From IMG/VR virus record IMGVR_UViG_3300012921_000076, positions 1-38,718 of that record: a stretch of 38,718 nt of DNA; one strand, given 5' to 3'. Under the pieces are notes generated by a model. That model was given only the letters and a program-made list of their open reading frames with translations, had not been told where the DNA came from and made no database searches. Positions 8,029 through 16,821 of this stretch are shown here, piece after piece. The translations under genes and the position numbers were made by a program. Within the stretch, counting starts at the first letter, position 1. Every line of letters begins with the position of its first letter. The stretch is from a virus. Lineage: Duplodnaviria > Caudoviricetes.

Positions 8029-8370
8029 TCAGGCGGCGGCGCGGAGCTTTTCGCGCAGGGCGAAGCCCATCAGCGGCCACACCTGCCGGATGGCGTCTTC
8101 GCGAGCGAAGTTGCGGCCGAGCTCGGCGTTGAAGTTCGCCGGATCGGCTGGCGCTGCCTTGCCAATGATGGTGAAGCCGTTCTTCATCACCAAGATGCAG
8201 ATCGTCAGCACGGCGAGATCGGGGTGAACCGGGACGCCTTCGCCAAGGGCCTTGTCGCCGGTCATGAAATACTCGGCTGCGATGTTGGCCTTGATGTCGT
8301 CGAGCGAGACACGGTTCGGCGTCTTCGCAACCTCGGCTGACATTCTGTCGGTGAGCTGCACGGAGTCCAT
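8029..8370 (-). CDS. Phage Gp49/Gp66 family protein (PF13876-like)
   Basis: RVSLDDIKANI..EYF...LTICILVMKNGFTIIGKAAPADPANFNAELGRNFAREDAIRQVWPLMGF; strong GGAAAGGA RBS. Confidence 0.85.
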   Translation of the reverse strand: MDSVQLTDRMSAEVAKTPNRVSLDDIKANIAAEYFMTGDKALGEGVPVHPDLAVLTICILVMKNGFTIIGKAAPADPANFNAELGRNFAREDAIRQVWPLMGFALREKLRAAA

Positions 8371-8420
8371 GACTGTATCCTTTCCAGTCTTTGGGCATTG
8401 CCGGGAACCGCCGGCGCGGA

Positions 8421-8651
8421 TCACGCTGCAGGGCGGCGAAGCAGCCAGCGCCAGACGTTCCGGCCGTTCGGCACCAGCCACACCCAGAAGCCGGAGAAGG
8501 CCGCGACGACGGCGTCGATGCCCCACGTGGCCAGGTTCTGGAGATCGGCCGCCACGCCGAGCGCGGCGGCATCAAGGCCGAACTCCCGGAGCAACCAGCG
8601 CGACAGGAGAGTCGCGGCGAGCACCGCGAACAGCTTGTTGTAGTTTTTCAC
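8421..8651 (-). CDS. Small membrane protein (holin/antiholin candidate)
   Basis: Two hydrophobic segments ending VWLVPN; GTGA-coupled to the endolysin. Confidence 0.7.
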   Translation of the reverse strand: MKNYNKLFAVLAATLLSRWLLREFGLDAAALGVAADLQNLATWGIDAVVAAFSGFWVWLVPNGRNVWRWLLRRPAA

Positions 8652-9547
8652 TGGCAGAGCACTCCGAACCAGTTGCAGGGGAGATTGGCGACGTAGACAG
8701 CGGCAGCGCCGGCCAGGAGCACGATCGCCGCGATGATGCCGCCCTTGTTGGCGACCGGCGCTTGTGGCGCGGGTGCGTCGTTCTCGTCGTCGACCACAGG
8801 AACCGGGGCAGGCGCGGGCTCGATCGGCGGGGCGGGCTCGCTCAGGTCGGGCAGGTTGGTGTTCGTCGCCGGCGGCACGGGCGGAACCGGCTGCATGTCC
8901 TTCGCCGGATCAAACGGTGTGTCGCGAATCTCGCGCCAGTGGTTGTGCCGATCGGCGAGCCGGCCGTGATAATTGTGGACGGCGTAGCCCTCGCCGTTCC
9001 ACGTCTCGGCGATCTGCGCGCAGTCCGCGGGCCTGGTCGGACGGGAGAGCGCGCGCAGCCGGCGAAGATCGTCGTCGATGCCCCATTTGACTATGAGCCG
9101 GACGCTGCAATTCAGGTGGTTCTCGGCGTCGTCCATGAAGGCCGTCACCATGTCCTGCACGCTGACATAGCCGCAGTCGGCGAACCACTTGCCGAGAATC
9201 TGAGAGCCGCCCCACGAACACGACATGAGGGCCGCGGCCTCGTCGATCTTCATCGCCTTCAGCAGGCGCGTGTAGCTCTCGGCCGGATAGGCACCCGGCT
9301 TCCACTTCGGGTAGGCCAGCCCCTCCTTCACGGCGCGGTCGCGCTTCGCGCCCTTGCCGAGCTGCGCATAGAACAGGTGGGGCTCGAATAGCATCTTCGG
9401 CCTGCCCTGCCCGTCGAACGGGGCGCCGGACGCCTCGACGTCGATGAAGGCGTGGAGCTCGTCTTCCCCGACGCCGATCAGGTGGCCGATGCGGGGCAAA
9501 TCGATGTCGTCGAGCCGCTTCGCGCGGCCCTTGAAGGTCGTGTCCAT
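8648..9547 (-). CDS. Endolysin, N-acetylmuramidase (DUF3380-like) with Pro-rich linker and C-terminal TM segment
   Basis: VEASG..FD..GRPKMLFEPHLFY, AALMSCSWGGSQILG, WNGEGY...Y. Confidence 0.9.
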   Translation of the reverse strand: MDTTFKGRAKRLDDIDLPRIGHLIGVGEDELHAFIDVEASGAPFDGQGRPKMLFEPHLFYAQLGKGAKRDRAVKEGLAYPKWKPGAYPAESYTRLLKAMKIDEAAALMSCSWGGSQILGKWFADCGYVSVQDMVTAFMDDAENHLNCSVRLIVKWGIDDDLRRLRALSRPTRPADCAQIAETWNGEGYAVHNYHGRLADRHNHWREIRDTPFDPAKDMQPVPPVPPATNTNLPDLSEPAPPIEPAPAPVPVVDDENDAPAPQAPVANKGGIIAAIVLLAGAAAVYVANLPCNWFGVLCQ

Positions 9548-9718
9548 GGGGTTTCCTTCCGCCGTAGCGGCCTGGTTGGGGATCGTTAAAACTGTCGGCT
9601 GCAGCTCAACCCGAATGCAGGGAGCCGCGCTGGAACGTGCGAGGAGCCCTTGCGCGCTTCACGGGCGCGTGAGGGTCAGGACCTGGCTGGAGCCCTGGCT
9701 CCGGCTGGGTCCGCTGCG

Positions 9719-10024
9719 TCAGCCTGCCTGAAACAGGCTGTAGATGCGGCCCTCATTGCCATCGTCGGCAAGGAAAGCCTCAAGGTTTTCGGTGATCGCC
9801 TCGACCTGGTCGTTGAAGGCCTGACAGTCGGCGTTGTTCACCGCGAACACCACGTTGTTGCCGGCCTGAAAGTTGGTGGCCGAAAACGGTTGGGTCATGT
9901 TCCCGACCTCACGGACCATGCCGCGGAGGTTCTGGAAATCCTCGATTGCGCTGAGCAGTTTCGCCGCGGCGGTGGCCGCGAGCTGCCCGCCCGGCGTGGA
10001 TGCGTCGTATCGAATGTGCGCCAT
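9719..10024 (-). CDS. Hypothetical protein
   Basis: 101-aa ORF with GGAG RBS in the late operon. Confidence 0.7.
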   Translation of the reverse strand: MAHIRYDASTPGGQLAATAAAKLLSAIEDFQNLRGMVREVGNMTQPFSATNFQAGNNVVFAVNNADCQAFNDQVEAITENLEAFLADDGNEGRIYSLFQAG

Positions 10025-10025
10025 T

Positions 10026-10346
10026 TCAAATCAACTCCAATAGCTCCTTCATCGCTTCCTCGGTTTTCCCCTGCGCGAGCAGGGAAAGGGCATGCGCCTT
10101 GCGCTCGGCGCGCTGGCGCTCGATCAGAGCGCCACCGTTAGCGACTGCCTCGGCCGGCGACGGTGGCTCCGCAGGGTCGAACGCTGCCAGTATGGCTGCA
10201 GCATTGGCGCGCTGCTGCTCGGTCGCCTCAGGCGTGAACTGGATCTCCCACGTTTTCTTGTCCTCCATGAGCCCGATCGACACGCCGTAGATCGGCGCGA
10301 CGGCCTTGACCGCGACGTCGAGGCGTTCTGCTGCGGTGTTCCTCAT
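10026..10346 (-). CDS. Tail-fibre-associated small protein
   Basis: ATGA-coupled to the tail fibre gene. Confidence 0.65.
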   Translation of the reverse strand: MRNTAAERLDVAVKAVAPIYGVSIGLMEDKKTWEIQFTPEATEQQRANAAAILAAFDPAEPPSPAEAVANGGALIERQRAERKAHALSLLAQGKTEEAMKELLELI

Positions 10347-11674
10347 GCCCATACAGCTCCCATGATGCCGGACTGAAATTCGGTGCCGCCATTGTCCCCG
10401 TACCAGGTGCCGGTACCGGTGGCCGTCGAGCGCTCGAGCCAAGTGAGGATATGCCGGCCGATGCCGGGGCGGCCTTTGTACTTCGCGAGGACATACGTGG
10501 TGTAGGTGGTGACCGGCACGGACGCGATGCCGTTGATGCAGTCAGCGGACATCGCGTTGGTCACGTCGACACCGATCGCGGCAATGCCGTTCGGGCCAGC
10601 CGAGCTGTTGCCGTACGACACCATGACTTCGGCCTCTGCCATGTCCTCGTCGAGCCCGCGCACCATCTCGAGCTGATTGGCCGTGCTGGCGCGGGCCTGC
10701 CGATAGTTGTTCGTCGTGTAGGTCCAGCTGTTGGTGGCCTCGAGCACCTTCATCGAGCGCAGGACGCGATTGACGACGTTCCACACATTGCGCTTGGCGA
10801 GGCTGTCCTCGCACTGCTTCGACCCATCGGAATAGATGGTGCCGAGATAGCGCCTCGCCGTCGCGCCACTCTTGACGAGAATGCCATCCTGAAGCGCGAG
10901 AGTCGTCGCGCGCGTCGTGTCATCCGTCCACGCGACAAGGTCGAGCGTCAGGGTGCCGGCGTTGTCGTACAGGAACAGGTCGTGTGGCTTGCTGGCCGAT
11001 CCGCCGGAAAGCGCGATCGAGCGCTCCGTGAATGTGTACGGGGACCAGCCGGAGGTGCCGTTGTAGAGCCAGACCTTGTTGCCCTTGAACGGCGTGAAAT
11101 ACACCGTTCCGGCGGCAGTGACATCCGATGTCGTGACAGCGACACCAGTGGTCAGCGTCAGACGCCCCTCGCATGTCGCGTGCCGGCCGTCGGCGGGCGC
11201 TGCCGAGGCACGCTGAAACCAGAGCATACGCCAGTTGCCGCCACCTTCCGAGACGAGCTCGGCCGTGTCATTCGCGGCGGTGTAGATATCGACCGCGCCG
11301 GGCAGGATGAGCGATGTGGCATGGTGGGTGAGCTTCAGCGCGCCGTCGAAGACTACCCGACGCACAACGCCGGCGGTCTTGGTGCCGAGAGCCGTGATGC
11401 CGACCGTGCCGGTGATGTGAATGAACTGCCCGGTCGCCGCGCCGATGTCGGTCGTGGCCGCCGAGGCGACGTTCGCGCCTTTGGTCGACAGATTGTCATG
11501 CGCGCCGACAGCCGTGTTCGCCCCGGTGAAGCCCTTCGCGATCGAGCGCACCGAGTTGAAAATCGCATAGATGTCGTCGATGACGCTGTTGAACTTCGCG
11601 CTTTCGACCGGGGTTTGAGCGACCGCAGTCGTGCCGGCAGGTTTCGACGCGACGTCGCTACCGTCGAGGGGCAT
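10343..11674 (-). CDS. Tail fibre/spike (receptor-binding) protein
   Basis: Thr/Gly/Ala-rich beta-type sequence; N-terminal anchor-like region; position after the ejection genes; GGAG RBS. Confidence 0.8.
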   Translation of the reverse strand: MPLDGSDVASKPAGTTAVAQTPVESAKFNSVIDDIYAIFNSVRSIAKGFTGANTAVGAHDNLSTKGANVASAATTDIGAATGQFIHITGTVGITALGTKTAGVVRRVVFDGALKLTHHATSLILPGAVDIYTAANDTAELVSEGGGNWRMLWFQRASAAPADGRHATCEGRLTLTTGVAVTTSDVTAAGTVYFTPFKGNKVWLYNGTSGWSPYTFTERSIALSGGSASKPHDLFLYDNAGTLTLDLVAWTDDTTRATTLALQDGILVKSGATARRYLGTIYSDGSKQCEDSLAKRNVWNVVNRVLRSMKVLEATNSWTYTTNNYRQARASTANQLEMVRGLDEDMAEAEVMVSYGNSSAGPNGIAAIGVDVTNAMSADCINGIASVPVTTYTTYVLAKYKGRPGIGRHILTWLERSTATGTGTWYGDNGGTEFQSGIMGAVWA

Positions 11675-11697
11675 TAGGCGTCTCCATGGAGATCGGC

Positions 11698-11745
11698 TTG
11701 AAGGTTGAGGCGCGGCGGCGCATAGTCCGCCGGCCAAGGGGAGGT
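11698..11745 (+). promoter_or_regulatory. Promoter and RBS of the antisense moron
   Basis: TTGAAG-17bp-CATAGT, then AAGGGGAGGT 6 nt before GTG 11752. Confidence 0.55.
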
Positions 11746-11751
11746 TCAGAC

Positions 11752-12000
11752 GTGTCGGACGATCGCGAACGGAAAGAGGAGCCAGCGCCAGGCCACTGGG
11801 TGACCGACTATTTGCTGCCCTGGTTTGTTTTGATCCCGATCGCTGTTGTTGTCGGGCTCTACTTCGCCAAGCCGTCGATTATGGCGTGGGCCAAGGAAAA
11901 CCCGATTTGGGCGGCCGCTATTCTTGTGGTCGGTCTAGCAGTTGCTCTGCTAGTGGGGTGGTTAGTGGATAGAGATTCCGCGCGCCGAGCGCGGAAGTAA
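11752..12000 (+). CDS. Two-TM membrane protein moron (superinfection-exclusion candidate)
   Basis: Own promoter/RBS, lower GC, antisense to the late operon, two hydrophobic helices. Confidence 0.75.
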   Translation: MSDDRERKEEPAPGHWVTDYLLPWFVLIPIAVVVGLYFAKPSIMAWAKENPIWAAAILVVGLAVALLVGWLVDRDSARRARK

Positions 12001-14242
12001 GCCGCTCTATGAGCAGCTGGGACGCTTGGTCGCGCGCTGTGATCTGGGACGCAGCGTCAAAGACGCCCGAGCCGGCCGGCCGGGTGAGAAGATCGGCAAC
12101 ATCAGCGTAAAGCGATTCCTTGCGCAGCAGCTTGTCGATTGGGCGTGCGCCCGTGGCCCACTGCAGAAGACGCTGCGACGCCTTGATCCCCTTGCCCTCC
12201 TGAAACATGAGCGAAACTGCACCGGGATCGGTCATGTCGTCGACCATCCGATCGGTTGCCTGCCGAGCGAACGTCTTGGAGTTTTCAGCGACCGCCGCGC
12301 GGAGGTCGAAGGCTTTCGCTGCTTGGTCGAGGCTCTTCAGAAGATCCTCTGACCCTTCGCCGAGCAGCAGCGCGAGCTTTTCTTTGCTGGCGCGTGAGGA
12401 CAGCATCTTGAGCGCAAGGATCGCCTCACGGGCAGGAACGTCGCCGTCCATGACAGTTCGCTGCACGTTGGCCATCAGCTCGTCGATGTGCGATCGCAGG
12501 CCCTGCGAGACAGCCGAGCGTTCGGCTACCGTCATGCCGGCAAGCTGGTCGGCAACCTCGTCGCGCGCCATGCCTGAGGAGAGCATTTTCGAGCCGAGGA
12601 GAACTGCCTGCGATCTGCGGATAGGGTCAGCAGCCGTGGCGAGCGCGGTTTCGTACTGTGGGACCAAAGTCTTGAGTTTGTCGCGAATTTCGTTCGAAAG
12701 ATTGCCGTATGCGCGGCCCGTCGCCGTGGTGCCGCCGAGTTTGCCGGTTGCGTTCGCGGCGTCCGCCACCTCGTTGAGGCCGCGGGTGATATAATCGAGC
12801 TGCATCACGTCGGGTAGCGTCTCGAACGTCACGGAACCATCGTCGCTGATTTTGGCGATGATCTGTTTGGACTGATGTCCCTCGACACGCATCAGGTTGT
12901 TGGCAGCCTCGATGGCCGATTTCGGCACGCGGGTCTTGACCATGGCCTCAATCGCCATGCCATCCGGCGACGCATAGTCGATCGGCTGCGCATAGGCATC
13001 GTCGTACGCGCTTCCACGCGCCGAAGCGGTGCCGGTGCGAATGTCCTTCCTGGCGGTGTAAACACCTTCCGGTGCACCGAGCGAGCGGTTGAGCGCGGCG
13101 GTTACGTCCTCGCTTTCGCCAGCAACGCGTTCCGAAATGCGCTGACTCGCCAAACGCCCGCCCTTACCGCTGTGTTGAATGGCGGTGTCGAGAATCTTTC
13201 GTGCGTTTGGACCTGCATCGGCAGCCATGGCGCGCGGGCCTGCCGCGGCGATGTTGGCTTGCCCCGCTTCGCCAAGGGTGCCGTCAGCATCCGCGACTTT
13301 TCCGAACAAGCGCAGGCTTTCTGGGGATGCGTCAACCGATCGCGCGGTCGGGTTGTTGGCAAACCAGTCTGCGAGCTTCTGACGGGCATAGCCGCTCCCG
13401 GCAGCGACTGCCGGGATGCCAAAGCCAAACGCGGTTCCAAACCCGCCTTCCCACAAAGCGTTGGCCAGCCGGTTTTCGACACCACCCTCTCCAGACCCGA
13501 ACCCATGCGCTGCGCCGCCGATGCCGCCGATGCCGGTGCTGACACCTATGCGGCCGACATTCGTCGCCGGCGTTGGGAACAGTTTTCCAAGCAAGCGCGC
13601 CAGCACCACGCCCGCGCCAAGCTGGCCCGTGAGGCGAGACAGCGGAAAGTTCTCCATGTCGCTCTCGTGCGCGGCTCGCTCCTCGGCAAGATTGGCGCCG
13701 TAGTCGCCTGCCCCTGCCAGCGTGTCCACGCCGGCAAAGGCTTCGTCCGCGGCGCCTGAAAGCGCGATGTCGGAAGCGCCGCGGCCGGCAGCGCCGAAAA
13801 TACCGGCCCCTGCATCGCTGGCACGCTCAGCCCAGTCTGCGAAATCCTTGCTGCTGGCGATGCTGCCGGACGGCATTGCAATGCCGGCGTCGAGGCTGCC
13901 GAAGGCCGGGAGGAAAACATCCTGCTCGTTGAGCGGACGTTCCGATTGGGAGCTATCCGAGGCCGCCGCAAAATTGCGGGTGGCATGTTCTCCCAAAGCA
14001 TCAATGAAACCCATGATGCCGGTGCGCGCTGCGGCCGCAGGAGCGGCGACATCTGCCGGGGTCGGCCGGCCGTCACTTGGCGACGGCGCAGAAGCTGCGG
14101 CGGCCGAACGCGCCTGATCACCGGCGGCCGGCGCAGCGGCACCGCCGAGCGACTTTTTCAGCGCGTTGAGCGCGCCTTCCTGATTTTCGCCGGTGACCTT
14201 GTATTTCCTGCCGTCCGGGCCGGTGATGAGAAATTCGGGCAT
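11918..14242 (-). CDS. Large internal virion DNA-ejection protein
   Basis: 774 aa, Ala/Gly-rich helical with glycine-zipper segments; N-terminal ITGPDGRKYKV motif; position. Confidence 0.75.
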   Translation of the reverse strand: MPEFLITGPDGRKYKVTGENQEGALNALKKSLGGAAAPAAGDQARSAAAASAPSPSDGRPTPADVAAPAAAARTGIMGFIDALGEHATRNFAAASDSSQSERPLNEQDVFLPAFGSLDAGIAMPSGSIASSKDFADWAERASDAGAGIFGAAGRGASDIALSGAADEAFAGVDTLAGAGDYGANLAEERAAHESDMENFPLSRLTGQLGAGVVLARLLGKLFPTPATNVGRIGVSTGIGGIGGAAHGFGSGEGGVENRLANALWEGGFGTAFGFGIPAVAAGSGYARQKLADWFANNPTARSVDASPESLRLFGKVADADGTLGEAGQANIAAAGPRAMAADAGPNARKILDTAIQHSGKGGRLASQRISERVAGESEDVTAALNRSLGAPEGVYTARKDIRTGTASARGSAYDDAYAQPIDYASPDGMAIEAMVKTRVPKSAIEAANNLMRVEGHQSKQIIAKISDDGSVTFETLPDVMQLDYITRGLNEVADAANATGKLGGTTATGRAYGNLSNEIRDKLKTLVPQYETALATAADPIRRSQAVLLGSKMLSSGMARDEVADQLAGMTVAERSAVSQGLRSHIDELMANVQRTVMDGDVPAREAILALKMLSSRASKEKLALLLGEGSEDLLKSLDQAAKAFDLRAAVAENSKTFARQATDRMVDDMTDPGAVSLMFQEGKGIKASQRLLQWATGARPIDKLLRKESLYADVADLLTRPAGSGVFDAASQITARDQASQLLIERLTSALGARNLYPLTTPLAEQLLDRPQE

Positions 14243-14243
14243 G

Positions 14244-16820
14244 CTACGGGCTCACCGGTTCGATCGTGTAGCCGTCGATCTCGACGATGGCTTTCTTCCG
14301 CCACTGGTTGAAACCCTCGTATGGGTTCGGCAGAGCGCGGATCAGCCGCTCGGCTTCCTGCCAGGTGATGCCGTTCGGATCGCCTGCAGCGGCAAATGCA
14401 CGGCCGGCAATCTCGGCCGCTTTCAGCTTGTGTTCCTGCAGAGCGGCAAAGGTCGACGTCAGGATCGCGTTGCCTTCCGGCGTGTTGCCGAGCGACGGCA
14501 GGCTCTTGAGGAACTGCCGCGCGTCGAAGTCCGAGGCAGCGCCCGAGCCGGCCGGTCGCATCTGCGGCGCGAGCCGCGCTGCAATCGCATCGAAGGCCTG
14601 CATCTCGCCCAGGCCGGCGATGTCGATGCCGACATACTCAGCCCACGGCCCGAGCATCGCTTTCACCTCGGCTTCCTTGCCGGTGTTGAACAGCGTGCCG
14701 AGATCGCGGAGCTGCTGGATATCGCCCAAGAACGATGCCGCGCCCTGCCCACCTTCTACGATCTTGCCGAGGCGGTCCGCTGCCAGCTTGTCCGCCTCGT
14801 CGATGAACTTCGAATTGTTGCCGCCGACGTTGACGTTGGTGTTGCTTGCCCCCGCCTTCTCGAACTGCAGCGCATATTCCATGATGCCAAGTGGAGTCCG
14901 GCCAGCGGCCTGTTCCTGGCGGGCGTACTCGGTGTAGAAATCGGGCACTGTCCGAAGCAGATATTCGAGCTTCCTGATATCAAGCTCCTGATCGGCGCGC
15001 GTGTTGTCGGCCGTGCGGTCTGCGTCCTCGCTCTTGAACTTGTCGGTGTCGAGCGTGAACTGTTTCGCCGCCTGATCGCGCTCGAACATGCGCTGCGCTT
15101 CCTCGGCACCGAACTTCTGAACGTTCAGCTCATAGTTGGCGCGCTCGGACGGCGACATTTGCGGGTTTTCGAGCGCCTGCAGCTCGAGCTGCGCTTTGCG
15201 GAGTCCCATCTGATAGGCCGGGTCCGCCTGTTGCATCTGGCGTTCCATCAGGGCCTGAAGCAGTCGCTGCTGCGCCTCGGACAGCCACGGATCGCCGGAC
15301 AGGTCCATTAGCTGCTGCATGCCCAGTTGGCCGCCAGCTTCAGGCGTCCAATTGCCAGCCATTTCCGGCGCGCCGCCGCGGTCGGTCAACGCCTGCGCAA
15401 GCCGCACGTTCGCCGGCTGCGGTCCAGTCGGGGCAGGAATGCCGCCAGCCGCAGGGGCCGCGGCAGGCGCGATTGCGGGCATGCCGGCGTTAGGATCGAG
15501 GCTCGCCACCTGCACCGGAGCACCGCCGCCATTGTAGGCCTCAGTTAGCCAGCCAGGCGCGTTGACGCCCTCGCCGCCAGCGCCCCACACCGCAGGCTTG
15601 CCGAAGCCGAGATGCATACTGCCCGGCTGCATATAGCCGGGGCCGGCACCGAAGCCGGTCACGCCGCGCGCCTTCGCCCGGCGCACGATGTCCTGATAAA
15701 GCGGCACGTCGGCTGCGTTCGCCCAATCGAGCTTGCGGCCGTCCTTGTAGAAGAACACGTCACCAGCGCCGCCGTGGTCGTGACGGACCGAGCCAGTGCG
15801 ATCGAGGGTTTCGCCGCGCGCGGCAGCCTCGGCTACTTCCTCGGCCGTGTGCTGGCCGCCGGAAAACACCTCCATGGTGATGCCGAGTTCAGGTAGGAAC
15901 GACATGGCCTCGACCAGCTTCGGGTCGAGCGGCATTTCGCGCACCGCTTCCTGGTTGGCGTACCGGATGAAATTGCGCGGGTCGATCGCCGCCGGCATGA
16001 CGGGCGTGCCGCTCTGCTGGAACTGCGGCAGATAGGCCTGCGCCGATGCCAACCGCTCGCCCACCTCGGCGCCGCCGGCCTGATCGTAGCCCGCGAAGCG
16101 CCAGGCGTTGTTCATCAGCCGCTGCGCTTCCTCGACGCTGGCGGTCTTCGCCAGCGCGTCGAGCAGGGCGGGATCCTCCTGAAGGAAGAATTCCGCCTGC
16201 TTTGCCGGGCTGAGATCGCCACCGGCGAACGCCTGCAATGCATCGAGGCGGCCGTCGCGCCAAGACATGATGCCGCCTGCCCGGCCGGGCACGCCTGACT
16301 GGCTCGGATCGGCCCAGGTGCCGGCTGCATTCTTCGGCGACCAGCCGCTTTCCGCCTTACCTGTCGAGGCAATGGCCGCGAGCGCATAGGGGTTCTTCAC
16401 CTTACCCGCGATCGTGTTCATGAACTCGCCCTCGGTCGTACCGCCGGGCAGCGAAGCCGGCGCAGCACGCGCGAAGTCGATCGACGAGCCGAGGGAGGCG
16501 TCGGCAGCCGCAGGAATGGCCTTGTTTGGAAGCGCCGTGGTAGCGCCGAGATCGCTGGCCGCCGCAGGAGCAGCCGGGAAGTTGAACGCCGCGCCCCACG
16601 CCTCGTTTGCGCCAGCCCTGCCCGCCGCCTCGGCCTTGTCAGCCTGGCCGCCGAGGATCGCCGCCAGAATGCCGTTGCTGAGCGCGTAGAGCCCTTCGCC
16701 GACATTCGACGGCGCGCGGCCGCTGCTCAGGATGGCCTGGGCGAGGCGGCGGCGCTTCTCGACCGTTTCCGGCGTGTCGGTGTCAGGATTGAAAGCGAAG
16801 GTCAGATCGCCAACGGCCAT
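14244..16820 (-). CDS. Ejection protein with tail-lysozyme-like and M15-peptidase-like domains
   Basis: AESGWSP...GIMSWRDGR...QAEFFLQE (lysozyme-like); SVRHDHGGAGD...SMHLG (Zn peptidase-like). Confidence 0.75.
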   Translation of the reverse strand: MAVGDLTFAFNPDTDTPETVEKRRRLAQAILSSGRAPSNVGEGLYALSNGILAAILGGQADKAEAAGRAGANEAWGAAFNFPAAPAAASDLGATTALPNKAIPAAADASLGSSIDFARAAPASLPGGTTEGEFMNTIAGKVKNPYALAAIASTGKAESGWSPKNAAGTWADPSQSGVPGRAGGIMSWRDGRLDALQAFAGGDLSPAKQAEFFLQEDPALLDALAKTASVEEAQRLMNNAWRFAGYDQAGGAEVGERLASAQAYLPQFQQSGTPVMPAAIDPRNFIRYANQEAVREMPLDPKLVEAMSFLPELGITMEVFSGGQHTAEEVAEAAARGETLDRTGSVRHDHGGAGDVFFYKDGRKLDWANAADVPLYQDIVRRAKARGVTGFGAGPGYMQPGSMHLGFGKPAVWGAGGEGVNAPGWLTEAYNGGGAPVQVASLDPNAGMPAIAPAAAPAAGGIPAPTGPQPANVRLAQALTDRGGAPEMAGNWTPEAGGQLGMQQLMDLSGDPWLSEAQQRLLQALMERQMQQADPAYQMGLRKAQLELQALENPQMSPSERANYELNVQKFGAEEAQRMFERDQAAKQFTLDTDKFKSEDADRTADNTRADQELDIRKLEYLLRTVPDFYTEYARQEQAAGRTPLGIMEYALQFEKAGASNTNVNVGGNNSKFIDEADKLAADRLGKIVEGGQGAASFLGDIQQLRDLGTLFNTGKEAEVKAMLGPWAEYVGIDIAGLGEMQAFDAIAARLAPQMRPAGSGAASDFDARQFLKSLPSLGNTPEGNAILTSTFAALQEHKLKAAEIAGRAFAAAGDPNGITWQEAERLIRALPNPYEGFNQWRKKAIVEIDGYTIEPVSP

Positions 16821-16821
16821 G

